DNA from: an uncultured Candidatus Saccharibacteria bacterium | GTDB lineage: Bacteria; Patescibacteriota; JABMPQ01; JAQVVF01 | Reading direction: 5' to 3' | DNA length: 64,000 nt | Assembly: GCA_964574655.1 (NCBI GenBank) | Contig: CAZNOH010000002.1 | Span: 108,596-172,595 of the forward strand | Notes under the pieces: model-generated | The model's database searches: none | Seen by the model: only the letters and a program-made list of their open reading frames with translations | Told to the model about the DNA's origin: nothing | Part shown: positions 26,524 through 37,098 of the stretch, piece by piece | Layout: each line of letters starts with the position of its first letter | How positions within the stretch are numbered: position 1 is the first letter of the stretch | Translations under genes and position numbers: made by a program

Positions 26524-29500
26524 AACAAAAGCAAAAACAAGCCAAATAACAGCCATCATTGCTACCGTTGCCGCAGCAATTGGTATTGGCGCACTTATTT
26601 ATTTTGCTGTTAGTAATAACAACATCAAAGTCGCTACCGAAGCAACCTTGCCGTTATTCGAGCAAGAATATCAGCCAAATGTTGAGCCAGTTACTACGAC
26701 AACAACTGACAAAGCTGTAATTGCCGATACTCAAGCAAAATATCAAACAATTGCAAACTCAGTAATGCCAGTTGTTGAAAAGCAAGCACAAACTACAGGC
26801 AAGACTACTGCTCAAATTATCAACGAAACTCAAAAAGATATTCTTGTGCAACAAGTAGCAGAATTAAACATTGCTAAAACATCAACAATAATTCAAGATC
26901 AAGTCATTGCTTTAGCTGATAAGGGCGCTATTGACAGCTTCCAAGTGCAAGCTGCCGAAGAATTAGCCTTAAGTGCGACGTATGATAACCTGACTAACGC
27001 AACCACAAGCAAAGAGGTTGTGAATCCTTATGTTGAGTTTACAAGCGCTCAAGTAAAAGACATCCAAATTGTTGCTGAAAATGTTGCTAATGAAGTTACT
27101 CAACTCAACACTGCTTCATCTTCAGAAATTGCACAGAAAACAGATAGCAACGAAAATGATGTCAATTCCGTAATGACTGTTGAATTTAACACTCAATTAA
27201 ACAATGCAGTAGAAAGTAATAACGTGGTTAATGATTACGAAGTTAACTATGCGATTAATGCTGAAGCTACTGAAAATGCTAACGAATCAGGAACAGCTTT
27301 TTCTGTTTGCAACACAAACACTAATAATTGTGAAATGACTGGTTCCGTGTTTGCAACAAAAGAACAATGTGAAGAATTATATAAGCAACAAGGTTTAGAC
27401 ATCATTTGTTACAATAGCCCTAATGAATGTATGGCCAATACTGCTTGCGGACAGGCGCAAGAGGCAATCGAAACACAATACGAATTTTTTTATTGCAAGG
27501 ATGGAGCATGGACTAGCCAGAATTTTGTAAGTGATCCTGGTGTGATAAAGCCAATAGCAACTGCGCGTGAAAATTGTCAAAACAGTAATAATGTAGAAAT
27601 ATGTTATCTTGAAAATGAGAACAGTTTTCAAGCAGCTAAGGATGCTTGTCAGCCACAAGCAGTAGTCATTGAAGCTGTTGATGAACCAGCACCAGAACAA
27701 ACTAATCTCAGAGTAATTTGTCAAAATCAAGCTTGTGTTGAAACACAAATCCCTATAGATGCCGAGCCTTGTGCAAATGGCGATCCAATAGAAGAAGCCA
27801 AAGCTGGTTGTTATAGCGATATGGCAAGCTGTCAAGATTCTGATTGCGAGCCAAAACAAGATTATTATTACTGTGAAGAAAATGTTGGCTGTCAAATCAC
27901 TTCATCTACTGAAGAAGCTTGTGCTAGACAATATGGAACTTGTTATCCAACAAATGTTGCTGGCTCAGGTGAAAGCTGTAATACTAGCTGTAATAAACAA
28001 GAATTACAAACCTTTGCTACTGTCCAACAGCCCATGAGGCCATTCCAATTTTGCGATAAACAGCAAAAACAATGTGTAATTACCTCAGTATATTACATTA
28101 GTCCTGAGGCTTGCGCTCAAGCAATGGGAGTTGAAAAATGTTATGAAATAAATGATAATGTTTGCCAAGAAGAGCCTGATTGCAAAAAAGAAGATCCAAT
28201 TTTAGATCCAATTAAAGACGAATGCGACAAAAATCTTCCTAATAATCCTTACTGCCAAGAAGAAGTTGTTAGAATAGTTGAAGAACAAATTAATAATCAG
28301 CAACCTGAAGAGCCTGTTACAATTGAAGATCCAAAACTAGCGCTTGCTTCATCAATAATTTATCGCGGATTAGGCAGAGTTATAATCAAGTTTTGGGCTG
28401 ATCCAAATCAACCATTATATTATGATTACACAAGTAAAAAATTAGCTGATGATCATGAAAATAACAAACTTAGAGTTCGGTTCAGCAGTAAAAAAGAAAA
28501 TTTGACTGACATTTTAAAAGTCTACAAAGATCCGCGCAATCCAAACAAATATTATGCAATTGCTTACAAATTAAATATTGATTATCTTTGGCAAAATAAG
28601 GATGGAAATTACAAAAGCCAAAAACATTTTTATCAAGTCAATTCAGATGTTAAAAAATCAGACTTCTTTGATTTCAAATCTCTTCAAAGAGGTGGTGAAG
28701 TTCTATATGTCAAGAACAGATTATACAATGGCAAATATGATTTAAAGAAATATGGGACAATAGAATTAAACTTTAAAAACAAAGGTCAAGTCGCTGATGA
28801 TGTCAAAAAATTAAATAACAAATTAAAAAATTTCGAAAACGGCGGTGTTTACTTCTGGACTGAAAGCTCAAAAGCCTCGCCTTTTGGTTTAAGAACAGCA
28901 ATGGCCGGTGATCAAAGATATAAACAATTTTATAGCATTTTGAAAAGTCTTCAAAAGAAAAACGATATCAATAAAGCTGTCAAAGTTCTCTATAACTATC
29001 ATGATCGTTTGGTTCCAACAAATATCTACAGCCGATATGATCCAGGTTACAAATTTTGGGTAAAGGAAGTAAATAATGGCAACCTTTCATTTAGCAGTAT
29101 GGTTACTTATGTCATGCTAGGAACAGATGAGCCAAGAACAAATCTTCAGCAATTCTGGGGCACTGGCAAACAAGGTTTGAGAAAAGCTGACATTGAACTA
29201 AGCTTTGTTAAATCATTGAGCCGTGGTATTACCCAAATGTCTGATATTTCAAGATTCATGAATGCATCTAAATACGTTTCTACTGCTAGCATTAGAGCAG
29301 ACTTGAGAAATTCGGATGAATTTAGAAGGTTATTGAAGGATGTTTACAAAAGAGGAGGCGCTTCCGATGCTCTTTCATTGCTTTATATAAATATTTTAGG
29401 AAGACCTATTGATCCAGACGGACAGCCATATTTTGTCAACAAGTTTGACAAGCTAAGAAAAGATGGTCTTAGCGCTACTGACGCTTTTATGGAAATCGAC

Positions 29501-29575
29501 AAAGAAATAACTAACAGTACAGAATTCAAGAATGCGCTAATAAGACCAATAAAAACAGAATCAAATGCCAACTAA
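26501..29575 (+). CDS. large surface protein (1024 aa): N-terminal TM, a central Cys-rich region (about 40 Cys), C-terminal DUF4214-like domain
   Basis: The C-terminus LYINILGRPIDPDGQPYFVNKF...STEFKNA matches the DUF4214 signature (LGRxPDxxGxxYW/F...SxEF). Confidence 0.55.
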   Translation: MPQTPQIETKAKTSQITAIIATVAAAIGIGALIYFAVSNNNIKVATEATLPLFEQEYQPNVEPVTTTTTDKAVIADTQAKYQTIANSVMPVVEKQAQTTGKTTAQIINETQKDILVQQVAELNIAKTSTIIQDQVIALADKGAIDSFQVQAAEELALSATYDNLTNATTSKEVVNPYVEFTSAQVKDIQIVAENVANEVTQLNTASSSEIAQKTDSNENDVNSVMTVEFNTQLNNAVESNNVVNDYEVNYAINAEATENANESGTAFSVCNTNTNNCEMTGSVFATKEQCEELYKQQGLDIICYNSPNECMANTACGQAQEAIETQYEFFYCKDGAWTSQNFVSDPGVIKPIATARENCQNSNNVEICYLENENSFQAAKDACQPQAVVIEAVDEPAPEQTNLRVICQNQACVETQIPIDAEPCANGDPIEEAKAGCYSDMASCQDSDCEPKQDYYYCEENVGCQITSSTEEACARQYGTCYPTNVAGSGESCNTSCNKQELQTFATVQQPMRPFQFCDKQQKQCVITSVYYISPEACAQAMGVEKCYEINDNVCQEEPDCKKEDPILDPIKDECDKNLPNNPYCQEEVVRIVEEQINNQQPEEPVTIEDPKLALASSIIYRGLGRVIIKFWADPNQPLYYDYTSKKLADDHENNKLRVRFSSKKENLTDILKVYKDPRNPNKYYAIAYKLNIDYLWQNKDGNYKSQKHFYQVNSDVKKSDFFDFKSLQRGGEVLYVKNRLYNGKYDLKKYGTIELNFKNKGQVADDVKKLNNKLKNFENGGVYFWTESSKASPFGLRTAMAGDQRYKQFYSILKSLQKKNDINKAVKVLYNYHDRLVPTNIYSRYDPGYKFWVKEVNNGNLSFSSMVTYVMLGTDEPRTNLQQFWGTGKQGLRKADIELSFVKSLSRGITQMSDISRFMNASKYVSTASIRADLRNSDEFRRLLKDVYKRGGASDALSLLYINILGRPIDPDGQPYFVNKFDKLRKDGLSATDAFMEIDKEITNSTEFKNALIRPIKTESNAN

Positions 29576-30146
29576 AGTTTCTACAAAAGTTAATGTTACT
29601 GTTTTGACTGGTACGATTTTAGCCGGCATTGCCATGTTTGCCCTCGCTGGATTCGGTTTCCTTAAAAATGAAATAGAGCCAACTATCAAGAATAATCTGC
29701 CAGGCTGGGCATGGAGTTTCCAAAATCCAGATAACTATGAATTTGATAAAGAAAAAATCAGAATTGAAAATTCAGTTGTTGAACTACAGCAAGGACAAGA
29801 ACAAGGAGAAATAAAAAATATCTATCCGTATTCTTATGGCTGTTATCCCAATCCTGCAGTTGGTTTCCTTGCTGATTTAGACGGCGAAGTTACTTTTCAA
29901 ATTAGCAAAGACAATTTGAATTGGTATTATTGGAATAAAAATTCTTGGAAAAATGTTGCTAACATTGATCAAGCAAATACAGCTTCAGACATTAGCAAGC
30001 ATATAGTTGATTTTTATCCGAGAACACAGAATCAGTTTTATTTTAAAGCTATCCTGAATAAAAAAGATAGTCGCTTGAGAGGAATAGAAATAACTTGCGA
30101 TGAATCAACACTGAACAAATTTGAACTCTATCCGAAAAGTCTCTAG
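29565..30146 (+). CDS. N-terminally anchored hypothetical protein
   Basis: One N-terminal hydrophobic helix. Overlaps the upstream gene by 11 nt. Confidence 0.45.
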   Translation: MPTKVSTKVNVTVLTGTILAGIAMFALAGFGFLKNEIEPTIKNNLPGWAWSFQNPDNYEFDKEKIRIENSVVELQQGQEQGEIKNIYPYSYGCYPNPAVGFLADLDGEVTFQISKDNLNWYYWNKNSWKNVANIDQANTASDISKHIVDFYPRTQNQFYFKAILNKKDSRLRGIEITCDESTLNKFELYPKSL

Positions 30147-30213
30147 TTTACATAAAAGCCAGCAAATTAAAATGCTGGTTTTTTTAAATCATGAATGTTA
30201 TATTATCATAATC

Positions 30214-30322
30214 ACCAAGATACAAGATACAAACAAATTTTAAATTAAAATAATCAAACACGACGACGAGTTTGGTCATTGTAATTTAGATATTGAATAT
30301 TGTTTGTTTCTTGTATCTTGGT
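30214..30322. repeat. intergenic palindromic element (caagataca word arms, centre aaacacgacgacgagtttgg)
   Basis: accaagatacaagatacaaacaaatt...attgtttgtttcttgtatcttggt. Confidence 0.75.
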
Positions 30323-30334
30323 TATTAAGTATTA

Positions 30335-31453
30335 ATGTTTATGTATTTATCTTCTCTACAACTTCAAAACTTTAGAAATTATAAAGATTTTGCTAGTAGT
30401 TTCATCAATGGCCTAATTATTTTGACTGGCCCAAATGCTTCCGGAAAAACCAACCTGCTAGAAGCAGTCCAGCTTTTATCTTTATCAAAGTCATTTCGTG
30501 TCAGAAGTGAATATGATTTAGTTTTGTTTGGTATGGATTTTGCAAAAATTTTAGGCACTGTTCAAAAAAATAGCCAGCAAATAAAATTAGATATTACAAT
30601 TGATTCTCTTACATCTAAAAATCAAAAAACAATAAAAATAGATGGTCTTAAAAGTCGCGCTTTTGATTTGATCGGTGAGTTAGTTACAGTTCTTTTTTCT
30701 CCAGAAGATCTCAATTTAATCAATTCTACACCATCACTTCGTCGGCGTTATCTAGATGTTGTTATCTGTCAAATTGATAAAGATTACTGCCGTAATTTAG
30801 CAGAATACAAGAAAGTATTAATAAACCGCAATCAACTTTTACTGAACATTAAAAATGGCTATTCTACTAAGCAAGAGCTCAGTTTTTGGAATGAAAAACT
30901 AATTGATTTAGGTTCAAAAATCATTGCAAAACGCCAGCAAGCTTTAAAATTTTTAAATTCCAGATTGTCGGAAATTTATAATGACATTTGTGCAACCAAA
31001 GATCAAAAACTTCGGATTATTTACAAACCAAACCTACCATTGATTCAAGATTCTGATATTAAAGCATTGTTCGAACAAGAGCTAAATAATAAATACGAAC
31101 GTGAAATTTATAAAACCTATACTTTAGTCGGTCCGCATCGCGATAATTTTGTTTTTGAACTTAATAAAAAAAGACTCGCTGTTTTTGGCTCGCGAGGAGA
31201 ATATCGAAGTTCAATCTTAGCTTTAAAATCAGCTGAGTTAGATTTTATTGAAAAAAGTTTAGGCGAACGCCCAATACTTTTGCTTGATGATGTTTTTTCC
31301 GAATTAGATGAAAAACGCCGAAATCATATGTTTGAATTAGTTAGACGCCAGCAAACATTCATTACCACAGCTGATTTTGTTGGACTTGAAGTTGGATTTG
31401 TCAGAGAAGCACAAGTGCTACAGATTAAGGAAGGTGAAATCACTAATAAATAA
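30335..31453 (+). CDS. recF: DNA replication and repair protein RecF
   Basis: LQLQNFRNY, Walker A GPNASGKTNLLEAV, and C-terminal LLLDDVFSELD. Confidence 0.85.
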   Translation: MFMYLSSLQLQNFRNYKDFASSFINGLIILTGPNASGKTNLLEAVQLLSLSKSFRVRSEYDLVLFGMDFAKILGTVQKNSQQIKLDITIDSLTSKNQKTIKIDGLKSRAFDLIGELVTVLFSPEDLNLINSTPSLRRRYLDVVICQIDKDYCRNLAEYKKVLINRNQLLLNIKNGYSTKQELSFWNEKLIDLGSKIIAKRQQALKFLNSRLSEIYNDICATKDQKLRIIYKPNLPLIQDSDIKALFEQELNNKYEREIYKTYTLVGPHRDNFVFELNKKRLAVFGSRGEYRSSILALKSAELDFIEKSLGERPILLLDDVFSELDEKRRNHMFELVRRQQTFITTADFVGLEVGFVREAQVLQIKEGEITNK

Positions 31454-31597
31454 AAAACAAAAACACAAAAATGCAAAAAACAAACAAATCCCAAAATACA
31501 AAAAACAAAACACAAATCTTTTCTTTCGTTTTTGTAATTTGGGTTTTGTGATTTGTAATTTATTTGTTTTTTGTCTTTTTGTTTTTTTAGCAAAATT
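31454..31597. repeat. intergenic palindromic element, acaaaca/tgtttgt subfamily
   Basis: aaaaacaaaaacacaaaaatgcaaaaaacaaacaaatcccaaaatacaaaaaacaaaacacaaatc...tttttgtaatttgggttttgtgatttgtaatttatttgttttttg. Confidence 0.75.
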
Positions 31598-31897
31598 ATG
31601 TCAATCTTTTCTCTCAAAGATCTTCTGCCCTTATCAATTAATAGAGCAGGCATTGGAACTCAGCTTGAGGCATCTCAGGTTTGTTTAACTTGCGAAAAAT
31701 TAATTAAAGAATTAGATCAAAAAATTTTTCAAGAAATAAAACCAGTCAGTTTCAAAAACAAAACTTTAACAATCCAAGTTCCGTCATCTTCCCACGCCCA
31801 AGAATTATTAATGCATCAACATATCATCAAACAAAAAATCAACCAGCATTTTAAGAAACAGCTGGTTGATCGTATAAGTTATAAAATTAATTTCTAA
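31598..31897 (+). CDS. DUF721-family protein (recF-associated)
   Basis: Immediately downstream of recF. About 100 aa with the LTCEKL...KTLTIQVPSSSHAQEL pattern typical of DUF721. Confidence 0.55.
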   Translation: MSIFSLKDLLPLSINRAGIGTQLEASQVCLTCEKLIKELDQKIFQEIKPVSFKNKTLTIQVPSSSHAQELLMHQHIIKQKINQHFKKQLVDRISYKINF

Positions 31898-32020
31898 TTT
31901 TCAATTTCTAATTTCTATTAAATTTTTAATGCTTAAAGTCCTAAACCATACGACGAATAGGTTTAAAAATTGATTCATTAGTAATTTAATAGAAATTTAA
32001 AATTAAAAATTAGAAATTCA
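31898..32020. repeat. intergenic palindromic element, ttctaattt/aaattagaa subfamily (centre ccatacgacgaatagg)
   Basis: ttctaattttcaatttctaatttctattaaatttttaatg...cattagtaatttaatagaaatttaaaattaaaaattagaaa. Confidence 0.75.
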
Positions 32021-32356
32021 TTAGATCTTTACCATTTTCTCAATATTAACAATAAAAATAGTTGCTCCTCCAATTCTGATCTTTGTTGCTTCATCAACAT
32101 TCATTCCGCTTTCCATGCCATGAGTCATGTAGGCTGGAGCAGAGATTACTTTTTCTTTTGTTTCGCAGTTTTTCTTGATGATCTCTAAAACTTTATCAAT
32201 CTTTCCGTCCTCAACGCCAACTAAAAAAGTGGTGTTTTTTTTCTCTAAAAATCCGCCTTCTGAAGTCAATTTAGTCAAACTAAAATTTCCAGCAACTAAT
32301 TCTGACTTCAATTTTTTCGTATTTTCTTTAGGAGTGATTATTACTAATAGTTTCAT
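32021..32356 (-). CDS. darA: cyclic-di-AMP receptor DarA (PII-like, DUF970)
   Basis: MKLLVIITPKEN...LTKLTSEGGFLEKKNTTFLVGVEDGKIDKVLEII...IGGATIFIVNIE. I align this by eye to B. subtilis DarA ([36 protein letters not shown]...GGATVFVLPV). Confidence 0.75.
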   Translation of the reverse strand: MKLLVIITPKENTKKLKSELVAGNFSLTKLTSEGGFLEKKNTTFLVGVEDGKIDKVLEIIKKNCETKEKVISAPAYMTHGMESGMNVDEATKIRIGGATIFIVNIEKMVKI

Positions 32357-32419
32357 ATTTTTTATTATATCACAAAATAATTGGAAGACAAAGTCTTTTG
32401 CTTTGACAAAAGCTTAGAA

Positions 32420-32556
32420 ATATAATAAAATAATTATAATACGAATAAAGTACGAATAATGCAAATGTTGCGAATTACGAATCGTCGTATTTGCAATTCG
32501 TATCATTTGCATTATTTGTATCTGCATTCGTATTATATTTTACCATTAACTACAGT
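32420..32556. repeat. intergenic palindromic element, tacgaat/attcgta subfamily (centre gcgaattacgaatcgtcgtat)
   Basis: acgaataatgcaaatgttgcgaattacgaatcgtcgtatt is almost identical to 57900-57945. Confidence 0.8.
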
Positions 32557-34515
32557 ATGAACATATCAACTCTGGCAAAAAAATTAGGTTACCATAGCCA
32601 AGAAATGCGTAAAATGATTGAGGCTATGGGTTATCGAATCCGACCAACAGCGTCGAAGATTTCTGATAAGAAAGCCAAAGAAATTACTAAAAAGATTGAA
32701 AAACTTGAAAAAGAAAAACAAGAAGAAAACGCAGAAGAAAAAAAGAAAACAGAAAAAGAAAAAGAGCCCAAAAAACTTTTTGTTTCGCAGACTATTACGG
32801 TAAAAGATTTTTCCCAAGTTTTAGATTTAGAAGTAACAGAAGTTATTAGGCAATTGATTCAAGAGGGAATAATGGCAACGATCAACGAAGAGATCGATTT
32901 TGAAACAGCCTCAATTATCGCCGAAGAACTAGGTTACAAAATAGAATTAAAAAAAGAAGAAAAAGATTTAGTCAAAGAAAAAGGTGTCAGAAAAAAGATC
33001 TTGGAAGATTTGTTATTAGAAGAAGAAAAAAATCTAAAACCACGTCCTCCAATTGTTGTTGTAATGGGTCATGTCGATCATGGTAAGACAAAATTACTTG
33101 ATACTATCAGGGAAACAAATATTATTGCTACTGAAGCAGGAGGAATTACTCAAAAAATTGGTGCTTATCAAGCAAAATGCAACGGCAAAATTATTACTTT
33201 TTTAGATACTCCAGGACACGAAGCTTTCAAAGCAATGCGCGAACGTGGCGCCAAAGTTACTGATTTAGCGATCCTCGTTGTTGCGGCTGACGATGGAGTT
33301 ATGCCTCAAACTGAAGAAGCAATCGCTCATGCTAAAAATGCCGGTGTGCCGATTATTGTCGCAATTAACAAAATAGATAAAGAGGGTGCAGATCCAGAAA
33401 AAGTAAAAAGACAACTAGCTGATTTAGGTTTACAGCCAGAAGATTGGGGTGGAGATACCATCATGGTAGAAATATCAGCCAAAATGAATACAAATATTGA
33501 TAAGCTTTTAGAAATGGTTTTATTGCAAGCAGAAATTCTAGAATTAAAATCCAATCAAGAATCTAAAGCCATTGGCACAATTATTGAATCAAACAAGGAT
33601 CCAAAGAGAGGTCCGGTAGCAACTGTTCTAATCCAAAATGGTACTTTGAATTTAGGTGATTATGTTACTTGCGGAAGTTACTACGGCAAGATAAAAGCCA
33701 TGGAAAATTTCTTAGGCAAAAGGATAAATCATGCCAAGCCAGCAACTCCTGTTCAAATTTTAGGTTTAACATCTGTCCCAGATTCAGGCGATATTTTGCA
33801 AGAAGAAAAATCTAAAGAATCAGCTAAAGAAAAAGTTGCAAAAATTGCAAAAGCGGAAATTAAAATTAAAAGAAATTTAACGCAAGAAGAAGAAAAGAAA
33901 ATTAAAAAACTTAATATTATTTTAATTGCTGATTTTTACGGATCTCTTGAAGCAATTATAGACGAGCTCAACAAGATTGAATCAAAACAAGTCATGCCTC
34001 ATATAATTGATTATTCTGCGGGCAAAATTACCGAATCAAATGTTATGAATGCTCAATCCTCAAATGCAATCATCTTTGGTTTCAATTCTAAGCCGACTAC
34101 AGTTGCATCTCGTTTTGCCGAAGACAAACATGTCAAGATTTTTTCTTTTGATATTATTTATGAATTAGTTGATGAAATCAAAAAACAATTAAGCTCTTTA
34201 ATAGAGCCAGAGATCATCAAAACTAAATTAGGCAAACTAAATGTTTTAGCAATCTTCCGTTCAGAAAAGAAAAGAAAAATTATTGGCGGTAGAGTATTGT
34301 CAGGTTATTTGCCAAAAGATGTAAAAGTCAAAATTTTTAGAGATGAAGAAGAAATCGGTTCAGGCAAGATTTCTAGCGTTCAAAAGCAAATGGCTGATGT
34401 TCAAAAAGCAGAAGCTGGATCAGAATGTGGAATGTCAATAGAAACAACAACAAAGATTAAAGAAGGAGATGTTGTAGAAGCTTGGAAGGAGGAAATAAAG
34501 AAGATAACACTTTAA
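32557..34515 (+). CDS. infB: translation initiation factor IF-2
   Basis: G domain [27 protein letters not shown] and NKIDK. ATG 32557 is preferred because the track's 32491 start lies inside the repeat element. Confidence 0.95.
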   Translation: MNISTLAKKLGYHSQEMRKMIEAMGYRIRPTASKISDKKAKEITKKIEKLEKEKQEENAEEKKKTEKEKEPKKLFVSQTITVKDFSQVLDLEVTEVIRQLIQEGIMATINEEIDFETASIIAEELGYKIELKKEEKDLVKEKGVRKKILEDLLLEEEKNLKPRPPIVVVMGHVDHGKTKLLDTIRETNIIATEAGGITQKIGAYQAKCNGKIITFLDTPGHEAFKAMRERGAKVTDLAILVVAADDGVMPQTEEAIAHAKNAGVPIIVAINKIDKEGADPEKVKRQLADLGLQPEDWGGDTIMVEISAKMNTNIDKLLEMVLLQAEILELKSNQESKAIGTIIESNKDPKRGPVATVLIQNGTLNLGDYVTCGSYYGKIKAMENFLGKRINHAKPATPVQILGLTSVPDSGDILQEEKSKESAKEKVAKIAKAEIKIKRNLTQEEEKKIKKLNIILIADFYGSLEAIIDELNKIESKQVMPHIIDYSAGKITESNVMNAQSSNAIIFGFNSKPTTVASRFAEDKHVKIFSFDIIYELVDEIKKQLSSLIEPEIIKTKLGKLNVLAIFRSEKKRKIIGGRVLSGYLPKDVKVKIFRDEEEIGSGKISSVQKQMADVQKAEAGSECGMSIETTTKIKEGDVVEAWKEEIKKITL

Positions 34516-34631
34516 ATTAGAAACGATGCCAATCTACAAATTTTATGCCAATCTGCGAATTGCGAATCGTCTAAGCATTAGCAATCTGTAGATTGGCATA
34601 AAATTAGCATATTAGCATCATTTTATTTATT
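34516..34631. repeat. intergenic palindromic element (gccaatct/agattggc arms, centre gcgaattgcgaatcgtc)
   Basis: atgccaatctacaaattttatgccaatctgcgaattgcgaatcgtctaagcattagcaatctgtagattggcataaaattagcat. Confidence 0.8.
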
Positions 34632-34964
34632 ATGTCCCATAGACTTGAAAAATTAAACAGCCTAATTCAGCAAGAATTAGGTTTCATTATTAAAGAAGAA
34701 GTAGAATTGCCAATTGACTCATTGATCACAGTTTCCAAAGTTGATACTTCTGTTGACATCAAGCACACAAACGTGTATATTTCTGTGATCCCAAAAAACA
34801 AAGCAGTCAGCGTAATCAAAAAGCTCAATCACAATGTTTATCACCTCCAGCAAGCTTTAAACAAAAAATTAGTAATCCACTTCGTTCCAAAAATCAGATT
34901 TGTCTTAGACCATTCCGAAGAGCATGCCGCTCGCATCGAGGAAATCCTAAGCACAAAATCCTAA
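34632..34964 (+). CDS. rbfA: ribosome-binding factor A
   Basis: About 110 aa, in the conserved position after infB. LNSLIQQELGFIIKEEV...VSKVDTSVDIKHTNVYISV. Confidence 0.8.
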   Translation: MSHRLEKLNSLIQQELGFIIKEEVELPIDSLITVSKVDTSVDIKHTNVYISVIPKNKAVSVIKKLNHNVYHLQQALNKKLVIHFVPKIRFVLDHSEEHAARIEEILSTKS

Positions 34965-35090
34965 ATTCTAAATAAATTTAAAATCAAAAATATAAATGTT
35001 CAAAATCAGACGAAGAAATTTTGAACATTTGGAAATTTGGTTTTTGGATTTATTTAGAGTTTAGAATTTAGGATTTAGAATTTTGTAATC
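34965..35090. repeat. intergenic palindromic element, ctaaat/atttag subfamily
   Basis: ctaaattctaaataaatttaaaatcaaaaatataaatgttcaaaatcagacgaagaaattttgaacatttgg...ttggatttatttagagtttagaatttaggatttagaa. Confidence 0.75.
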
Positions 35091-36071
35091 ATGTTCAATT
35101 TTAATGACATTCAAATAAATCGCGCGCTTTATCTCATAAAGAAATCTCAAAATATTTTGATTATTTGTCATCGCAAGCCAGATGCTGACACTATTGGATC
35201 AGCATTGGCTTTAGGTAATATTTTGGAAAAACAAAATAAGAAAATTGAATATGCCTGCCAGGATCAAATTCCAGCCAAGTTTTTTTTCTTAAAAAATGCA
35301 AACAAAATAAAAAAAATTGATGAGATCTTAAAGGATTTTATTAATTATCAATTGCTGATTACTTTAGATTGCGGAAGCTTTGAACAAACAGGACTTCATA
35401 ATTTTTTCAGCATCAACGAATTTAAAACGCCAATTATAAATATTGATCATCATCATGACAATCCACATTTTGGCAGATTAAATATTATTAAAGCTAATGC
35501 TTCTTCAACTTCTGAAATTGTTCATAATTTTCTAGTAAAAATGAATGTTGATTTGGACAAGAATATTTCAACCAGTTTATTGAGTGGAATTTTTGCAGAC
35601 ACCGATAGTTTTAAAAATCCCAATACTTCTCATCACACTTTGAAAACTACATCCAGTCTTTTAGCTTCAGGCGCCAATCTAAAAGAAATTACAAAAAACA
35701 CTTTGCAAGATAAATCTTTGTCAACACTCAGACTTTGGGGTAAAATATTATCAGAAATAAAAAAGAATAAAACTTTCGGTATTGTTTACGCAGTCATTAT
35801 CAAAAAAGATTTGCAAGAATGTAATGCCAAGTCAGAAGATCTCGAAGGCATAGCAAATTTTTTGAATTCTATTCCTGATGTCAAAGCCTCATTAGTTTTA
35901 TCAGAAAATGAAAAAGGCGAAATCAAAGGTTCTCTTAGAACCTTGCATGATTATATTGATGTTTCCAAATTAGCGCGCAGTTTAGGAGGAGGAGGACACA
36001 AGAAGGCAGCAGGTTTTACAATTCCTGGCAGATTAATTAAGCAGGATAATGAGGTTAAGATAATAATTTAA
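35091..36071 (+). CDS. nrnA: DHH-family phosphoesterase NrnA (nanoRNase / pAp phosphatase)
   Basis: DHH motifs (ICHRKPDADTIGSALAL, DHHHDN) and a DHHA1 GGGGH motif (LGGGGHKKAAGFT). Confidence 0.75.
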   Translation: MFNFNDIQINRALYLIKKSQNILIICHRKPDADTIGSALALGNILEKQNKKIEYACQDQIPAKFFFLKNANKIKKIDEILKDFINYQLLITLDCGSFEQTGLHNFFSINEFKTPIINIDHHHDNPHFGRLNIIKANASSTSEIVHNFLVKMNVDLDKNISTSLLSGIFADTDSFKNPNTSHHTLKTTSSLLASGANLKEITKNTLQDKSLSTLRLWGKILSEIKKNKTFGIVYAVIIKKDLQECNAKSEDLEGIANFLNSIPDVKASLVLSENEKGEIKGSLRTLHDYIDVSKLARSLGGGGHKKAAGFTIPGRLIKQDNEVKIII

Positions 36072-36202
36072 AATCCTAAATCCTAAACTCTAAATTCTAA
36101 ATAAATTCAAATTACAAAATTAAAAATTCAAACAACGACGATTTTGTATTTTGGATTTTAAATTTATTTAGAATTTAGTATTTAGAGTTTAGAATTTAAT
36201 TT
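36072..36202. repeat. intergenic palindromic element, ctaaat/atttag subfamily (centre caaacaacgacgattttg)
   Basis: aaatcctaaatcctaaactctaaattctaaataaattcaaattacaaaat...attttgtattttggattttaaatttatttagaatttagtatttagagtttagaattt. Confidence 0.75.
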
Positions 36203-36964
36203 ATGTTTAGTAGTATCTCCGCCTATTTCTCAACATTTACTTTAATAAATTACATCACAACAATTTTAGACATTGGAATTGTTGCTGTTTTAATTTACTT
36301 TGTTTTTGCTTTTGTCAAAGGTACAAAAGCAACCAGAATTATTTATGGCATAATTATCTTAAGCATAGTTGTTGTCATTGGCAGATTATTAAGTCTGCAA
36401 ACTTTGAATTGGGTGTTGTCGCATTTAACATTATTAATTATTGTTGCAATACCAGTTGTCTTCCAGCCAGAACTAAGGCGTGCTTTGGAGAGACTAGGCC
36501 GTGCAAAATTCATTGGAAGCAACAAAAAAATGTCATTGAATGTTAAGGACATAATTCAGGCAATCGATATTTTAAAGAAAAATAAAATCGGTGCCTTAAT
36601 AGTTTTACAACGCAAGACCGGATTATTGGAATATATAGAATCTGGCACAGAGCTTAATGCCAATTTATCAACGGCATTATTATTAAATATATTTTTCCCA
36701 AATTCTCCGTTGCATGATGGTGCAGTAATTATATCTTCCAACAAAATTTTAGCAGCAGGTTGCATGTTGCCTCTTACAGAAGGCGAATATTCTTTAACTT
36801 ATGGCACTCGCCACAAAGCAGCTATCGGCGTTACCGAAAATACTGATGCTGTTGCTCTAGTTGTCTCTGAAGAAAGAGGAGAAGTATCTATTGCTGTTGA
36901 TGGCCAACTTGAAGAAAAAATAGGTGTTGATAAATTAGCGAACAAATTAGAACAATTAGTCTAA
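36203..36964 (+). CDS. cdaA: diadenylate cyclase CdaA (DAC domain)
   Basis: Three N-terminal TM helices, then DAC motifs GALIVLQRKTG, LHDGAVII and TRHKAAIGVTENTDAVALVVSEERGEVSIA. Confidence 0.85.
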   Translation: MFSSISAYFSTFTLINYITTILDIGIVAVLIYFVFAFVKGTKATRIIYGIIILSIVVVIGRLLSLQTLNWVLSHLTLLIIVAIPVVFQPELRRALERLGRAKFIGSNKKMSLNVKDIIQAIDILKKNKIGALIVLQRKTGLLEYIESGTELNANLSTALLLNIFFPNSPLHDGAVIISSNKILAAGCMLPLTEGEYSLTYGTRHKAAIGVTENTDAVALVVSEERGEVSIAVDGQLEEKIGVDKLANKLEQLV

Positions 36965-37098
36965 AATTTCTAATTTCTAATTTCTATTAAATTTTCATTG
37001 CTTCAATTTCTAAACTCGTCGACGGCGAACAGGTTTGAAAATTTATGCATTATAAATTTAATAAAAATTAGAAATTAGAAATTGAAAATTAAGTAACC
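36965..37098. repeat. intergenic palindromic element, ttctaattt/aaattagaa subfamily (centre aactcgtcgacggcgaacagg)
   Basis: aaatttctaatttctaatttctattaaattttcattgcttcaatttctaaactcgtcgacggcgaacaggtttgaaaatttatgcattataaatttaataaaaattagaaattagaaattgaaaatt. Confidence 0.8.
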
